Of a DNA stretch of 64,000 bases, positions 19,744-30,098 are shown in pieces; the first letter of the stretch is position 1; every line of letters begins with the position of its first letter. Position numbers and translations under genes: made by a program. The DNA lies in the IMG/VR virus record IMGVR_UViG_3300029305_009755; one strand, written 5' to 3'. Below the pieces are notes generated by a model. It did not search any database. It saw only the letters and a list, made by a program, of their open reading frames with translations, and had not been told where the DNA came from. This DNA is from an uncultured virus (IMG/VR IMGVR_UViG_3300029305_009755). Its lineage: Duplodnaviria > Heunggongvirae > Uroviricota > Caudoviricetes.

Positions 19744-20639
19744 CTCACTCCATAGGTCCTGATGAACTCCACGACTGCATCCTGCGAATCGATGGCCTCG
19801 TATGCGGCCTGCATATCATCGTAGTCCTCTCTTCCACGGCCCTCGCTGAGCATGCGGGCGATGACCTCCTTGTGGACTCCTTTGATCTCATACTTGGGTT
19901 TGTTCTCCTTGGGTGCAGGAGGCTCTGCAACCTCCTTCACGGGTTCCTGGGGGACTTCCTCCTTGACCTCTTCCTTGGGCTCCTCTTTGGGTGCCTGAGC
20001 CTTGGGTGCAGGCATAGGGGGCTTCTGTGCAGGGGGCATGGAAGGTTTCTGTGCAGGGGGCTTGGGGAGTGCATTGGATGCGATCTGGGATTTGATCTCG
20101 ATTGCATCCTCTGCGGACCTGGGCTTGAATGACCCGGTTCCGATGTGATCGTCCTCAAAACTGAAGATTCCGTCTGCAATGTCGTATTTCTGAGTCCAAT
20201 AATTCTTCAGGGCCACGGTCATGGCTTTGGAAACCCCCTTGTCGGCACGGTCCCCGGCCTCTCCATAGACTGTATCGGACATGGACATCATGGTATCCAT
20301 ATCGGTTAGGCGTACGGTGAGCATGACGGTCCAGCGCTCAGGCTGTCCGTTACACTCGGGCTGTTTCATCAGATCATGGTAGTTGACCTCCATCTCCAAG
20401 TGATGCTTGGCGAGAAGTCCGGCCACGGTCCTCTTGACCTTGTCTGCGGACAGGTAGGGGTATTTGGCAGCGGTGTTGCTACCAGTCCCGAAGATCTTAT
20501 CATCGGTCCAATCCTGTTTGCAGACTTCTGCCCTGAAGGCAGTGAAGTTGCTGATAGGGGCGGGTTCAGACACTTCGGCCTGGAACTCATCCTCCATCTC
20601 AACGAACTGCTCCATCTGTTCTGTTTCGTCCATATACAT
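19740..20639 (-). CDS. ERF-family ssDNA annealing recombinase
   Basis: Y.Y.S, GEA.D..DKG.SKAMT.A.K motif; Pro/Glu-rich linker; adjacent to YqaJ. Confidence 0.75.
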   Translation of the reverse strand: MYMDETEQMEQFVEMEDEFQAEVSEPAPISNFTAFRAEVCKQDWTDDKIFGTGSNTAAKYPYLSADKVKRTVAGLLAKHHLEMEVNYHDLMKQPECNGQPERWTVMLTVRLTDMDTMMSMSDTVYGEAGDRADKGVSKAMTVALKNYWTQKYDIADGIFSFEDDHIGTGSFKPRSAEDAIEIKSQIASNALPKPPAQKPSMPPAQKPPMPAPKAQAPKEEPKEEVKEEVPQEPVKEVAEPPAPKENKPKYEIKGVHKEVIARMLSEGRGREDYDDMQAAYEAIDSQDAVVEFIRTYGVR

Positions 20640-20660
20640 TTCCTGCACTCATCTCCGAGT

Positions 20661-20673
20661 GCAATTCCATGTA
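20661..20673. promoter_or_regulatory. Shared 13-bp operator-like motif, copy 1 (ERF promoter)
   Basis: GCAATTCCATGTA, identical to 24199-24211; downstream of TTAAATA on minus. Confidence 0.5.
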
Positions 20674-20693
20674 TACATGCAACCTATTTAAGG

Positions 20694-22088
20694 TTACGGG
20701 TAACTTCCATCGAGATGTTTCTGAATGATCTCAGCAGGTGTGATTCCTCTCGCCAACTCCTCCATCGTAGTGTTGGTGATGGATACTCCGTTGCGGACAA
20801 GGGTCCACATATCATCCTCGAATGTATGGGGCGTGGTCAGATAGTAGTAGGTGCAATTGTTCTTCTGACCTGTCCTCATGATCCTTGCAACGCTCTGCTC
20901 CAGGAGCAATGCGGAGAACGTGGGCTCGAAGAAGATCATGGTATGAGAAGCATACAGGTCCAATCCGGCACCTCCTGCCTGATACTGGCAGATGATCATG
21001 TTCTTGGGACCGTCCTGGAACTCCATCCATGTGTCCCCCTTGGAACGTCCATCGAATATCACCACATCACGTCCGCATTTGCGTCCGATCTCCGCGCACC
21101 TGTCAATGGATGCCCTGAGATTGCAGAAGACCACCACCTTATCGTCGGTACCGTTCAGCAGGTCTGCCAATACGGCGTCCTTGGAGCATTTCATGATGGT
21201 CACCTTGCCATCATCCCTCTTGAGGGATCCGGAGCATATCTGGGCGAACCGAGGGTACTGGGTACCGGCCATGATGATGTCCACACCATGCTGCAGCCAT
21301 CTGGATTCCTTGAAATCCTTGTACACACCCTTCTCCGCGAGCTCACAGGGGATGAGGGTATCCGTGGATTCCGGGAGGTCGTAGCAATCCTCCAGCAGAG
21401 CGAATATCCCATAGTTCTGCATCAGGGTACGACACTCGGTGGTCCGGTAGTTGCGTGGCTTGTGCCATCTGTCGTAACTCACCACGTATCTGCTGCAGAA
21501 ATCCGTCCAGTTCTTGAAGACACCCGGGTCCAGGAAGGACAACTGTCCGAAGAGTTTCTGGAAATCCTCCTTCCCTCCTCCGCCTGTGACCGGTGTACCT
21601 GTCATGATGTACCTGCGCTTGCAGTACGGTGCAAGGGCGAGCATGACCTTGGTCTGTACCGATGAATGGGAGCCGATGGCATGGGATTCGTCCACGATGA
21701 CGATATCCCACTCATGGTCCACTTCCGGACGCAGATGCACGACCTTCTTGTCCTTCCTGTCGCCGTTCTTGGCGACCTTGGAGATCTTCTCGGATTTGTA
21801 CATCTTCTGGAACGATGTGACGTGGATGATCTCTTTCAATTCATCCACCTCTTCAGAGGGGAACCCCTCGAACATCTTCATCTTATCAATGGATTTCTTC
21901 CAATTGCCCACCAATGATGCGGGACATACGACCAGTGCATTGTGTACCTCTCCACGCTTCCAGAGCTTGAAGATGGTTGCCAACGCACACATGGTCTTGC
22001 CGGTGCCTGGCTTGTAGAACAGGGCCAGCTTGTCCGAGTACATCATCATCTGGACGGCATATTCCTGATGTGCTGCCAGTCTGTACAT
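20694..22088 (-). CDS. SNF2-family (SF2) helicase
   Basis: PGTGKT, IVDESH, MTGTP, AGGAGLDL, QSVARI.R.GQ. Confidence 0.9.
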   Translation of the reverse strand: MYRLAAHQEYAVQMMMYSDKLALFYKPGTGKTMCALATIFKLWKRGEVHNALVVCPASLVGNWKKSIDKMKMFEGFPSEEVDELKEIIHVTSFQKMYKSEKISKVAKNGDRKDKKVVHLRPEVDHEWDIVIVDESHAIGSHSSVQTKVMLALAPYCKRRYIMTGTPVTGGGGKEDFQKLFGQLSFLDPGVFKNWTDFCSRYVVSYDRWHKPRNYRTTECRTLMQNYGIFALLEDCYDLPESTDTLIPCELAEKGVYKDFKESRWLQHGVDIIMAGTQYPRFAQICSGSLKRDDGKVTIMKCSKDAVLADLLNGTDDKVVVFCNLRASIDRCAEIGRKCGRDVVIFDGRSKGDTWMEFQDGPKNMIICQYQAGGAGLDLYASHTMIFFEPTFSALLLEQSVARIMRTGQKNNCTYYYLTTPHTFEDDMWTLVRNGVSITNTTMEELARGITPAEIIQKHLDGSYP

Positions 22089-22089
22089 C

Positions 22090-24168
22090 TCAAGGCATCC
22101 TGTTCACGTAGTACTCGTGTTCACCATCCAGGCCGAGATCGTATATCCAGCCGTTCTCGACCAGGGCATTGATGGCCTCCTCTCCGAAGACCTCCACATC
22201 CACACGCTGGTCCTTTCCTGTGTAGGCTCCGATCATCAGGAGGTTGTTCATGATGGTGTGAGGATCCTTGACCTCCTCGATGACCTCCCTGTCGGATGCC
22301 TGCTCTCCAGGAATCTCGACATACTCTTCTGGTTCGAAGTCATTGTCATCAGGGACTATGTACTCGTCCTCCTCCAGATATGCCTCGGGATGGATACCGA
22401 GCACTCTCCTGCGGGTGACTTCGTCCATCTCCGCAAGGATCCGGGGTTCGATGTCCTCCTCATAGACCTTGGCATCCACCAGGTTGAGCTTGACGGTCCT
22501 GTTGGCAGTGGTGCCGGGGGCGGTTATCCTGACGAATCCTCTTGTGGTCTTTCCTGTCTCGTAGTTCCTGAACTGCTTGGATTTCCAACAGGAGCTGCCG
22601 TCCTTCCATGCCCTCCAGGCCCTCTCCATGTCCACCGTGGGCATCCCCACGCAGTTGAAGAGGTCCCTCATGATGATCTCCTTGGTGACCTTGGAGCCGA
22701 TCTCGAAATACTGCCCCTGCGGATCATCCAGATAGCTGTCTATGTATGCCACGCCCGGGTTCTCCACCGCACCTGCCTCCTGCATGATAGCGGCCAATTC
22801 ATCGGCACGACCGGACACATGGGGCCTGTGGCCGCATCTGTACAGATGGAGGGCCTCGGCCCAGATCTGCTCCACCTCGTACTGTACGGTACGCGGGCGT
22901 CCGTGGACGGGGATGTAGGTCTTGTTGTCCTTGACGATGGAAGCATTGCAGATTATGGGATAGAAACGTCTTGACCCTGTGAGGTCGGTGAAATTCTGTT
23001 CATGGTTTGATGTTGCGACGAGGATGAAGTGACGCGGGTACTCTCCGGAATACCTTCCGTATGATTTGCGGAAATAATCGGCATCCTTGGAGATGAAGTA
23101 TTTCAGAGTGGAATTGTCGTTCGTCCTGATCTGTGTGGATTCGGCAAGTTCCACGATCAATCCGCCACGGGCGGCATCCAGGAACCTGGCCTCATCCTTG
23201 ACGTCTGTGTTCACGGTCCTGTACCACGAGTCATCACCCGCCAACAAACGTAAGGCCTGTCCCTTTCCTATTCCCTGTCCTTTTCCATTACCATATTCGG
23301 TGGATATCAGAAGCGGGACCACATCATGCTGTGTCTTATGGTACGCCCTGGCCACGCCGCCTATGAGCCATGCCTTGGCGACGCTTTCCAGATACAGGTC
23401 CTCATCCTCTTTCGATGCCAGGTATGGGGCGGTCCCTCCGAAGTATCTCTGGAACATTGTCCCTATCCTGGGGACCTGATCCCATTCATGGGACTCCAAC
23501 CAGTCCCTGAACGCATTCCTGCGGTCCAGGTTGGCCATGAGTGAGAACACCTCGTCCATCACCTGGTTCGATGGCATCTTGCGACAATCCAATCCTGCCT
23601 CCCTCATCCTCTTCTGGAGGTCGATGTGGTACATGGACAGATGATGATCCTCTATGGGAACCACCATGCCGTTGCTCCCGAACTCCCTGAACAGGGAGAC
23701 GTCCACCATCTCCCTCTCCGCCATCACGTCGTAGTAGAGCTTTCCAGGCAGATCGGGATACAGGGCAGGTATGCTGTCATACAGGTCGGACACCCTCACC
23801 GGTGCACATCCCGCTATGATGGGCTTCCCATCGATGATGGTGTAATCATCCTCTCCGACCTCTTCCGGCTTCTCCAGTGATTCAGCTGTGATCTCCTCTT
23901 TGACCTCGGATTTGAGTGTGACTGTACCGGGTCTGCATCCCACAGCGGTCTCTATGCCTCCATTGATCATCTCCAGGATGAGCAGGCGCTGCGGTTCGGA
24001 GAATTTGGAGGACAGCACCGCCTCCATATCGATGAGTCTGCCATCGGAGGTCTTGAACCCCGATGTGGTGATGAGTCCGTACTCGAAGATCCCGTCGGAG
24101 ACCTGCCCCTTCTTCGAGATCTGGAGGGTGAGTCCCACCATCTGTTTGCGAAATGTCTTAGAATCCAT
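22090..24168 (-). CDS. VirE/VapE-domain replicative ATPase/helicase
   Basis: W.IG.VARA, GQGIGKG, IVELAE, LK.FIS...D.FRK.YGR....PRHFI..ATSN, D.TGSRRFYPI, EQIWAEA. Confidence 0.85.
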   Translation of the reverse strand: MDSKTFRKQMVGLTLQISKKGQVSDGIFEYGLITTSGFKTSDGRLIDMEAVLSSKFSEPQRLLILEMINGGIETAVGCRPGTVTLKSEVKEEITAESLEKPEEVGEDDYTIIDGKPIIAGCAPVRVSDLYDSIPALYPDLPGKLYYDVMAEREMVDVSLFREFGSNGMVVPIEDHHLSMYHIDLQKRMREAGLDCRKMPSNQVMDEVFSLMANLDRRNAFRDWLESHEWDQVPRIGTMFQRYFGGTAPYLASKEDEDLYLESVAKAWLIGGVARAYHKTQHDVVPLLISTEYGNGKGQGIGKGQALRLLAGDDSWYRTVNTDVKDEARFLDAARGGLIVELAESTQIRTNDNSTLKYFISKDADYFRKSYGRYSGEYPRHFILVATSNHEQNFTDLTGSRRFYPIICNASIVKDNKTYIPVHGRPRTVQYEVEQIWAEALHLYRCGHRPHVSGRADELAAIMQEAGAVENPGVAYIDSYLDDPQGQYFEIGSKVTKEIIMRDLFNCVGMPTVDMERAWRAWKDGSSCWKSKQFRNYETGKTTRGFVRITAPGTTANRTVKLNLVDAKVYEEDIEPRILAEMDEVTRRRVLGIHPEAYLEEDEYIVPDDNDFEPEEYVEIPGEQASDREVIEEVKDPHTIMNNLLMIGAYTGKDQRVDVEVFGEEAINALVENGWIYDLGLDGEHEYYVNRMP

Positions 24169-24198
24169 CGTATCCCTTTTTTCGATAAGTGCTTGTGC

Positions 24199-24211
24199 GC
24201 AATTCCATGTA
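24199..24211. promoter_or_regulatory. Shared 13-bp operator-like motif, copy 2 (VirE promoter)
   Basis: GCAATTCCATGTA just downstream of TTAAATA on minus. Confidence 0.5.
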
Positions 24212-24349
24212 CCGTATTTAATTATTGGGTATGCTATCCGATTGGGTTAGATATATCCCGATACGACACAGAATCATATTTAAATATGATATGAAATATA
24301 TGATTGTGCGCGTGGGGATCTTGCATCGTATCCCATCGGTCCCCACGTT

Positions 24350-25165
24350 TTACAATATCTTCTCCGCTTTACAACCTTCGTTCTCCACCATCGCATCCAC
24401 GATATCCCTGCACACCAGAGGGTTCGGATCGAGTACGCGGACCTTGTATTCGGGATGGTCGCTGAGGAACCTTGCCACCGCAGTGACACGGTCGCCGGTA
24501 AGGGGCAGGAACAGTATCACGGAATCCTCGGACACTCCTTCCAGGGCCCTATCCAGCATCCTGCTGTCATCGGGATCGGTGCAGAACACCCTATGGGATC
24601 CCACTTCCATGATCTCTCCCTTGGACATGAGGTCCCCCATGGTCTCGGGGAACTCGCCCGGCATCTCATAGTCGGGCCCCTCGTAGGAGTCATCGACCTC
24701 GCCCATCTCGAGACGGTCTCCGCCCGAGGGGATCCCGTCAGCCTCTTCGGGGACGGGGGTTTCGAACGAGAAATCCAGATCCTCCAGCTGGAATCCGAAA
24801 TCCTCCATATCGAAAGAGGTCTTGAGGTTCTCCAGCTCGATCTCCAGTTTGGCGAAATCCCAACCTGCGAATTCGGCCACCTTGTTGTCCGCGATACGGA
24901 ATGCGTCCACCTGCTCGGGTGTGAGGTCCTCTGCGGCTATGCACGGCAGTTCCTTGAATCCCAGTTCCTTGGCGGCTCTGACGCGGGTATGTCCGCACAC
25001 GATGACGTTGTCCTTGTCCACGACGACCGGGACCAGGAACCCGAAGTTCTCTATGCTGGCCTTCACCTTGGGGATGGCGGCCCTGTTGAGACGGGGGTTG
25101 TTCTCATACTCCTTGAATACCTCGATAGGCCGGTATTCCATCTTGTTGCGTGCGAATATGTCCAT
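24350..25165 (-). CDS. ParB/Srx N-terminal domain protein
   Basis: Y.NNPR.N, SI..FGF.VP.VVD....I..GHTR..AA..LG, RIADNK..E.A.WD. Confidence 0.85.
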   Translation of the reverse strand: MDIFARNKMEYRPIEVFKEYENNPRLNRAAIPKVKASIENFGFLVPVVVDKDNVIVCGHTRVRAAKELGFKELPCIAAEDLTPEQVDAFRIADNKVAEFAGWDFAKLEIELENLKTSFDMEDFGFQLEDLDFSFETPVPEEADGIPSGGDRLEMGEVDDSYEGPDYEMPGEFPETMGDLMSKGEIMEVGSHRVFCTDPDDSRMLDRALEGVSEDSVILFLPLTGDRVTAVARFLSDHPEYKVRVLDPNPLVCRDIVDAMVENEGCKAEKIL

Positions 25166-25251
25166 GGGTGTACCTCGATGGGGACACCCACGGTGAAATC
25201 TAGAAAGCCGGGGCACCCCCTCCTCCAGATGGCGGAGGGGGCTATAAATAA

Positions 25252-26466
25252 TCAGTGTCCGACCATTACGAGAGTCAGCTTCTCGATGGTTCCGGAAACC
25301 TCTTTTCCGGACCTGTACAGAAGGATGTTTCCGGTGGATTCGTCATACCACGCATCGACACCGTTCTTGGCGGATGCGCCGATGACTGCGACCAGTGTGA
25401 AATTGATCAGGGGCAGTTTGAATCCTCCCGTCTTGTACTCCAGAGCATCGCATGTCAGGATGGATCTCCTGAGTCCTCCGAATCCGCCACCCATGACTCC
25501 TCCGTCCACGGAATGCCATGCGGTGCTGTTGATGATGAACCCTCCATCGGGGGATTGTCCGACCATCATGTCTGGCGATACCAGGGATTCGTCGAGATTG
25601 GTGTTGTATGTTCCGCCGGTGATGAATCCCTTGGTGTTCTCGGCATAAACCGCTACGGTTCCGCCGTTGATGGCCTCGAATGTTCCTCCGCTGAGACTCA
25701 TTCCGACCATTCCGACGGCCTCCGGAGGGTTGCCCTCGGGGTTGCTCTGGTACACTGCGGAATATCCGGAGATCTTTCCGCCGGTGATGTTGACGGCCAC
25801 GGGTTTCATGGTGGTATGCTGTGCGATGGCGATTCCGACTCCATCCGAAGTCGTACCGTTTCCATTGGGTGCCACAGATGTGGGTGCGGCCGTACCGGAG
25901 ACGGTACCTCCGCTCATGAGGAGCGATCCGGCCCTCATCTCGATTCCGGTGGATCCGGTGATAGTTCCATTCTTTATCGAAAGGGAACCGACCTGGGGCC
26001 AGTATATCGCGGTTCCATCGGACTTGATGGTTCCTCCGACGATGGATGCGGAATTGTTCCAATACGTCTCGGTTCCGTTACCCTGGATACATCCCCATTT
26101 TCCGGTCACAGTGATGTTAGCGGATGTGATGAGGTCTGCCCTGGCGGCAAGGAACACGGCCACGTACTCCTCGGTGACGATATCCACATCGGAGCCGAGT
26201 ACAAGGGAGGACGTCACTGTCGCTCCGGGCATACCGACCCTGATGGCAGATGATCCCTTCGATCTGATGGTTCCATTGACCACATTGACCTGGGAATTGA
26301 TGACGGATAGCGCCGTCTGTCCTGCGGGAGCGGTCAATGTATGTCCGCCGAGGTCGATGGTGACCTTTGCACCGTATGGTACGGTGACTGCCTCTTCGTA
26401 ATCCTTGTCCATGACGACTGTTCCGCCGTCACGCATCTGTGCGATCTTCTCTGTGAATGTCATCAT
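25252..26466 (-). CDS. Beta-helix adhesin-like protein with short C-terminal head-decoration-like domain
   Basis: TIDLGGHT and repeated I.GG.I.G beta-helix turns; C-terminal Y.TGG...YD......LY..G.EV. Confidence 0.5.
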   Translation of the reverse strand: MMTFTEKIAQMRDGGTVVMDKDYEEAVTVPYGAKVTIDLGGHTLTAPAGQTALSVINSQVNVVNGTIRSKGSSAIRVGMPGATVTSSLVLGSDVDIVTEEYVAVFLAARADLITSANITVTGKWGCIQGNGTETYWNNSASIVGGTIKSDGTAIYWPQVGSLSIKNGTITGSTGIEMRAGSLLMSGGTVSGTAAPTSVAPNGNGTTSDGVGIAIAQHTTMKPVAVNITGGKISGYSAVYQSNPEGNPPEAVGMVGMSLSGGTFEAINGGTVAVYAENTKGFITGGTYNTNLDESLVSPDMMVGQSPDGGFIINSTAWHSVDGGVMGGGFGGLRRSILTCDALEYKTGGFKLPLINFTLVAVIGASAKNGVDAWYDESTGNILLYRSGKEVSGTIEKLTLVMVGH

Positions 26467-26560
26467 ATCACCTTTTAGGGCGGGGGAGGTACACCCCGCC
26501 GGTCCGGAGCCGTTTCGGACCATGTAAAGGATGTTTTCGTGGTTTATTTACTTCGACTCC

Positions 26561-29428
26561 TCAAACCAGGCCGAACATCTGTCTGATCCGCCTGTAGTGA
26601 TTGTTCAGTGCAGCTCTGCGATCGATCGGGTCCTTGTACCTCCTGGCGATATCCATGAGCACCGCTGGGTTGAGATCCTCCAGCTCCCTCCTGGCAAGGA
26701 GCTCCTTGTCCCTGGCTGCGATCCAATCCGGGATCACATCGTCCATCCCCTGACCCCCGTATGTGTTCCAGAGGTCGTCATCGGTCATGCTCAGGAGATC
26801 CCTGGGGAGCTGGTCGTTGTTAAGGTTGCTGTTGATGATCCTCTGCGCTGCATCGCGCTTGTTGGTGGCATTCCTGCTCACCATCATGCCCAGAACGTCC
26901 CTCATAGGTGCCCACGATCCCTCTCCGGGCCTGACGATGTCCGACTTGCGGGTATCGGCATCCTCTTCCAACAGACTCTCCGTCATCTGCCTGAATGCCG
27001 GGAACTCGGATGAACGGCCTGCCGCAGTCAGGTACTTGCTCAGATTGCCGAGCAACTGTCTGTTCTGGTCGAAGTTGTACATGCCCATCAGCCTGCGATG
27101 GTCATTGAGGGTCCTCTGCTTCTCATCATCGGATAGGGGCCCCATCATCTCCGGGGTCAGATCCGTCGTCCAATCGTAGCTGTTCAGATCGCTGTCGGGA
27201 TCCAACATGCCCCCGAAACGGTCCCTCATCCTGGCTCCTATGCGATCCGCGATGGATTGCCTGCCGCGGGTGTCGAACATCCCCAGATCATCCTCGTCCC
27301 TGTCCAGCACCGCATCGAGGATCCTGTCCTGCATGTCCTCCAGTATCGCCCTGTGCTCGGGACTGAGGTCGCCCGAGGCCAGCCTGTCGCTCACCGCCAG
27401 GGACAGTTTCCTGAGTGACGGCGTATCAGACGGTATACCGTATTCGTCCAGTTGGGCGTCGAACGCACTGCTGTTGTAGTTCCTTGAACCGTCCCTGTTG
27501 TTGGCCAGCAGGTTGTAGAACTCCTTCTGGTAATCGGTGGCGTTGTCGTCGAGATCCATGTTGTGCCGCATCATCGCCTGCCTCACGGCACCGTCCCTCT
27601 GCTTGATCCTGTTGGTCACGGACCTGTCCATCGCCTTGAGGTAGTCCTGTCTGGCCTGCAGCTGATGCATGTTCCAGACGGTCAGGTCGGATGTGTCCCC
27701 GCCCTTGTACTGTGCCTTGTACCTCTGCAGATCCATGTCCGTCTTGGCGAGCTCGGACTTCAGCATGTCGCTCAGCCTCTCCAGGTCGGAGTCGACCACG
27801 GACTGTTCATCGGTCTTCCCGAACATGGTGTTGAGCCTGCTCGCGATCTCGGCCCTGGCGTCCGCCCTGCCTCTTCTGTATCCGCCCTGTCTCAGCAGCT
27901 CCTGGTTCTCCCTCTCGGTCTGGGCCACCTTCCTCTGTCTGGAGAGGAGCCCCTTCTCCGTGTTCCTGTAATGGTCGATGGTCGCACCGGTCCTGTTCAT
28001 CTCACGGACCTCGTCGGGAGTCAGGGTGCCCGCCTTGGACTTCTCCCTGAGCTCCCTGTACCTGGGCTCCAGCTTCTCCCTCGACTCCCTGATCCTGGCC
28101 ATCACGTCCCCGACATCATCATCCGCCAGGTTGCCGATGTCGGCCACCTTGTATCCGCCGAGCATGGTGTTGATGTCGTTGGTGGCGTCGCCCATCCCCG
28201 CGGTCATGTCCGCCGTGCGCTCCTGGGCCAGCCTCTCCTTCTCGGCCTGGTCCTTCGCCCTCTGCCTCTCCTTGACCTTGGCGAACGAGTCCTTCAGGTT
28301 CCTCTCCACGTCCGTGTAGCGTCCCACCTCTGCCGTCAGGCCCTGGAGCTCACGGGTCTCCTGCTCGGTGATCGTCCCCATCCTCTTGTGCTGCTGGAGC
28401 TCCCTGTACCTGGGCATGACCTTCGTCCTCTGGTCCCTGCAGAGCTTCAGGACGTTCTCCACGTCATCGTCGTTCAGGTTGTCCAGGGTCCTGCCGCCGG
28501 CGTTCTTCCTCAGGATGTCGGCGATCGCCGTCATGGCCCTGTCATCGCCTTGGATCATCGTCCTCATGCGGTCGTTCATGAGCCTGCCCTTGACCGTGTT
28601 GGCCACGATCTTCCTGTCGGCCTCCTGGGATATGTCGTACTGCCTGTGGGCCGCCTCGACGCCCCTGTGGAGCCTGTCCCCCGTGGTCAGCGCCTCGGTG
28701 ATGGCGCGGGACCCCATCGACAGGGGCCTGCCGGACAGCATCATCTCGGTCATGTCGCGGACCATGTCGATGCCGTTCCCCAGCGCGCCGAGTCCCGCGT
28801 TGACCATGCCCAGTGACGCTATCACCGCATCCACGGTCTGGCCGGTCTTCTGCCACTGCCTCAGGTTATCCATGGTCCGCTGTTCCTCCAGGTCCTGCTC
28901 GTCCAGCTCCTGGAGCTTGGTCTCCATCTCGGCCCTGCGTGCCTTCTCGGCATCGTCCACCGGGGTGTCCTTCTCCTTGCCGCCCTCCGGCTCCGTGGCC
29001 CCTTCGGCCTCCTCCTTCACGGGGGTCTCGGCCTTGGGCTCCTCCTGCTTCACCTCGGGCTCCACAGCTGTCTCGGGAGTGATCTCCTCCTGCTCCTCGG
29101 GACCGGGGATGTCGTCCACCTTGGGTCTGAACACCGAGTTGAAATAATCGTTGGCCCTGCTCCAGAACCCCTCGGTCTTCTCCTCCGTTCCGGGTATGGT
29201 ATCATCTACCGTCTCCGTGGTCTTCCCCCCTCCGGGAGCTGTCCCGGAGTCGAGCCTCGCATCATGCAGATCCCGGAGCTTCTTCTGGTAAGCGTCGGAA
29301 CCGTACTCCTGCTCGAACTTCGATGTGATGCCGGGCCCTTTCCCGTAATCCGCCATCTCCTTGTTTATGAGATCCTCTTGAGCCATGGTCACCTTGACTA
29401 TGGGCTCCGTGTCGTTCGTATCGTCCAT
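26561..29428 (-). CDS. Large helical/coiled-coil protein with three internal repeats (possible internal virion protein)
   Basis: 955 aa; NL.DDDV..V....R..R.K..PRYREL......GT.T..E.RE in two repeats, third more diverged. Confidence 0.55.
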   Translation of the reverse strand: MDDTNDTEPIVKVTMAQEDLINKEMADYGKGPGITSKFEQEYGSDAYQKKLRDLHDARLDSGTAPGGGKTTETVDDTIPGTEEKTEGFWSRANDYFNSVFRPKVDDIPGPEEQEEITPETAVEPEVKQEEPKAETPVKEEAEGATEPEGGKEKDTPVDDAEKARRAEMETKLQELDEQDLEEQRTMDNLRQWQKTGQTVDAVIASLGMVNAGLGALGNGIDMVRDMTEMMLSGRPLSMGSRAITEALTTGDRLHRGVEAAHRQYDISQEADRKIVANTVKGRLMNDRMRTMIQGDDRAMTAIADILRKNAGGRTLDNLNDDDVENVLKLCRDQRTKVMPRYRELQQHKRMGTITEQETRELQGLTAEVGRYTDVERNLKDSFAKVKERQRAKDQAEKERLAQERTADMTAGMGDATNDINTMLGGYKVADIGNLADDDVGDVMARIRESREKLEPRYRELREKSKAGTLTPDEVREMNRTGATIDHYRNTEKGLLSRQRKVAQTERENQELLRQGGYRRGRADARAEIASRLNTMFGKTDEQSVVDSDLERLSDMLKSELAKTDMDLQRYKAQYKGGDTSDLTVWNMHQLQARQDYLKAMDRSVTNRIKQRDGAVRQAMMRHNMDLDDNATDYQKEFYNLLANNRDGSRNYNSSAFDAQLDEYGIPSDTPSLRKLSLAVSDRLASGDLSPEHRAILEDMQDRILDAVLDRDEDDLGMFDTRGRQSIADRIGARMRDRFGGMLDPDSDLNSYDWTTDLTPEMMGPLSDDEKQRTLNDHRRLMGMYNFDQNRQLLGNLSKYLTAAGRSSEFPAFRQMTESLLEEDADTRKSDIVRPGEGSWAPMRDVLGMMVSRNATNKRDAAQRIINSNLNNDQLPRDLLSMTDDDLWNTYGGQGMDDVIPDWIAARDKELLARRELEDLNPAVLMDIARRYKDPIDRRAALNNHYRRIRQMFGLV

Positions 29429-29522
29429 GGGTGTGTATCGCAGACGTGGTTAAAAAACAGATAAGTGGTTTGTAAGGGGTTTGGCGATGTCACGAGTGCT
29501 GTGTGCTTGGCTGGCTGGCTGT

Positions 29523-30098
29523 TCAGTCGAGGTTCAACAGGGAGACGACCCTGTATGCCTCGGGGACGGCCCCCACCACGGATCCCACCATGGCGAGGAA
29601 CGCCTCCGGGCCGAACCCCGGGTCGACCGCCCTGCAGGCGGCCCACGCGGACTCCAGTGACGGGCCGGTGGCCTTCACCAGTGTCCATGCGACCTGACTG
29701 TTGGCGGACTTGTGTTTCACCAGGGTCGGGCAGTCCCCTCTCGCGAGGGGCTTGACGACGGCCCTGACGATATCGACCAGCGGGAGGGTGCCATGCATAT
29801 CCGAACCAGATGGGCGTGCAGGAGCAGATTCATGCTTGAGAACTGTCTGCTCTTCGTTTGGAGAGCCCACGGATTCGACACCCTCCCCTATGGTCGCGGT
29901 GGTCTCCGGATTCTCTAAGACAAAGGAGTTATCGAGCAAGATACCATTCTGCGCACCATCGGTCACGGTCTCATCCATGATTTTCTCCGTGACGGGAGAT
30001 CCGGAAGGAGCAGAACCGACAGAATTCTGAGCAGCCTCCTTCTTCGTACGACCCTTCTTGGGTGCAGGTGCCTTGGGCATGACCGGGGTCTCCACCAT
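29523..30098 (-). CDS. Hypothetical protein
   Basis: Start overlaps upstream stop (TGATG); operon continuity. Confidence 0.55.
   Translation of the reverse strand: MVETPVMPKAPAPKKGRTKKEAAQNSVGSAPSGSPVTEKIMDETVTDGAQNGILLDNSFVLENPETTATIGEGVESVGSPNEEQTVLKHESAPARPSGSDMHGTLPLVDIVRAVVKPLARGDCPTLVKHKSANSQVAWTLVKATGPSLESAWAACRAVDPGFGPEAFLAMVGSVVGAVPEAYRVVSLLNLD

Noticed and set aside
24350..24640. Methyltransferase domain fused to ParB
   Set aside because: Only the G.HR..C.D remnant is present; no DPPY or FxGxG motifs
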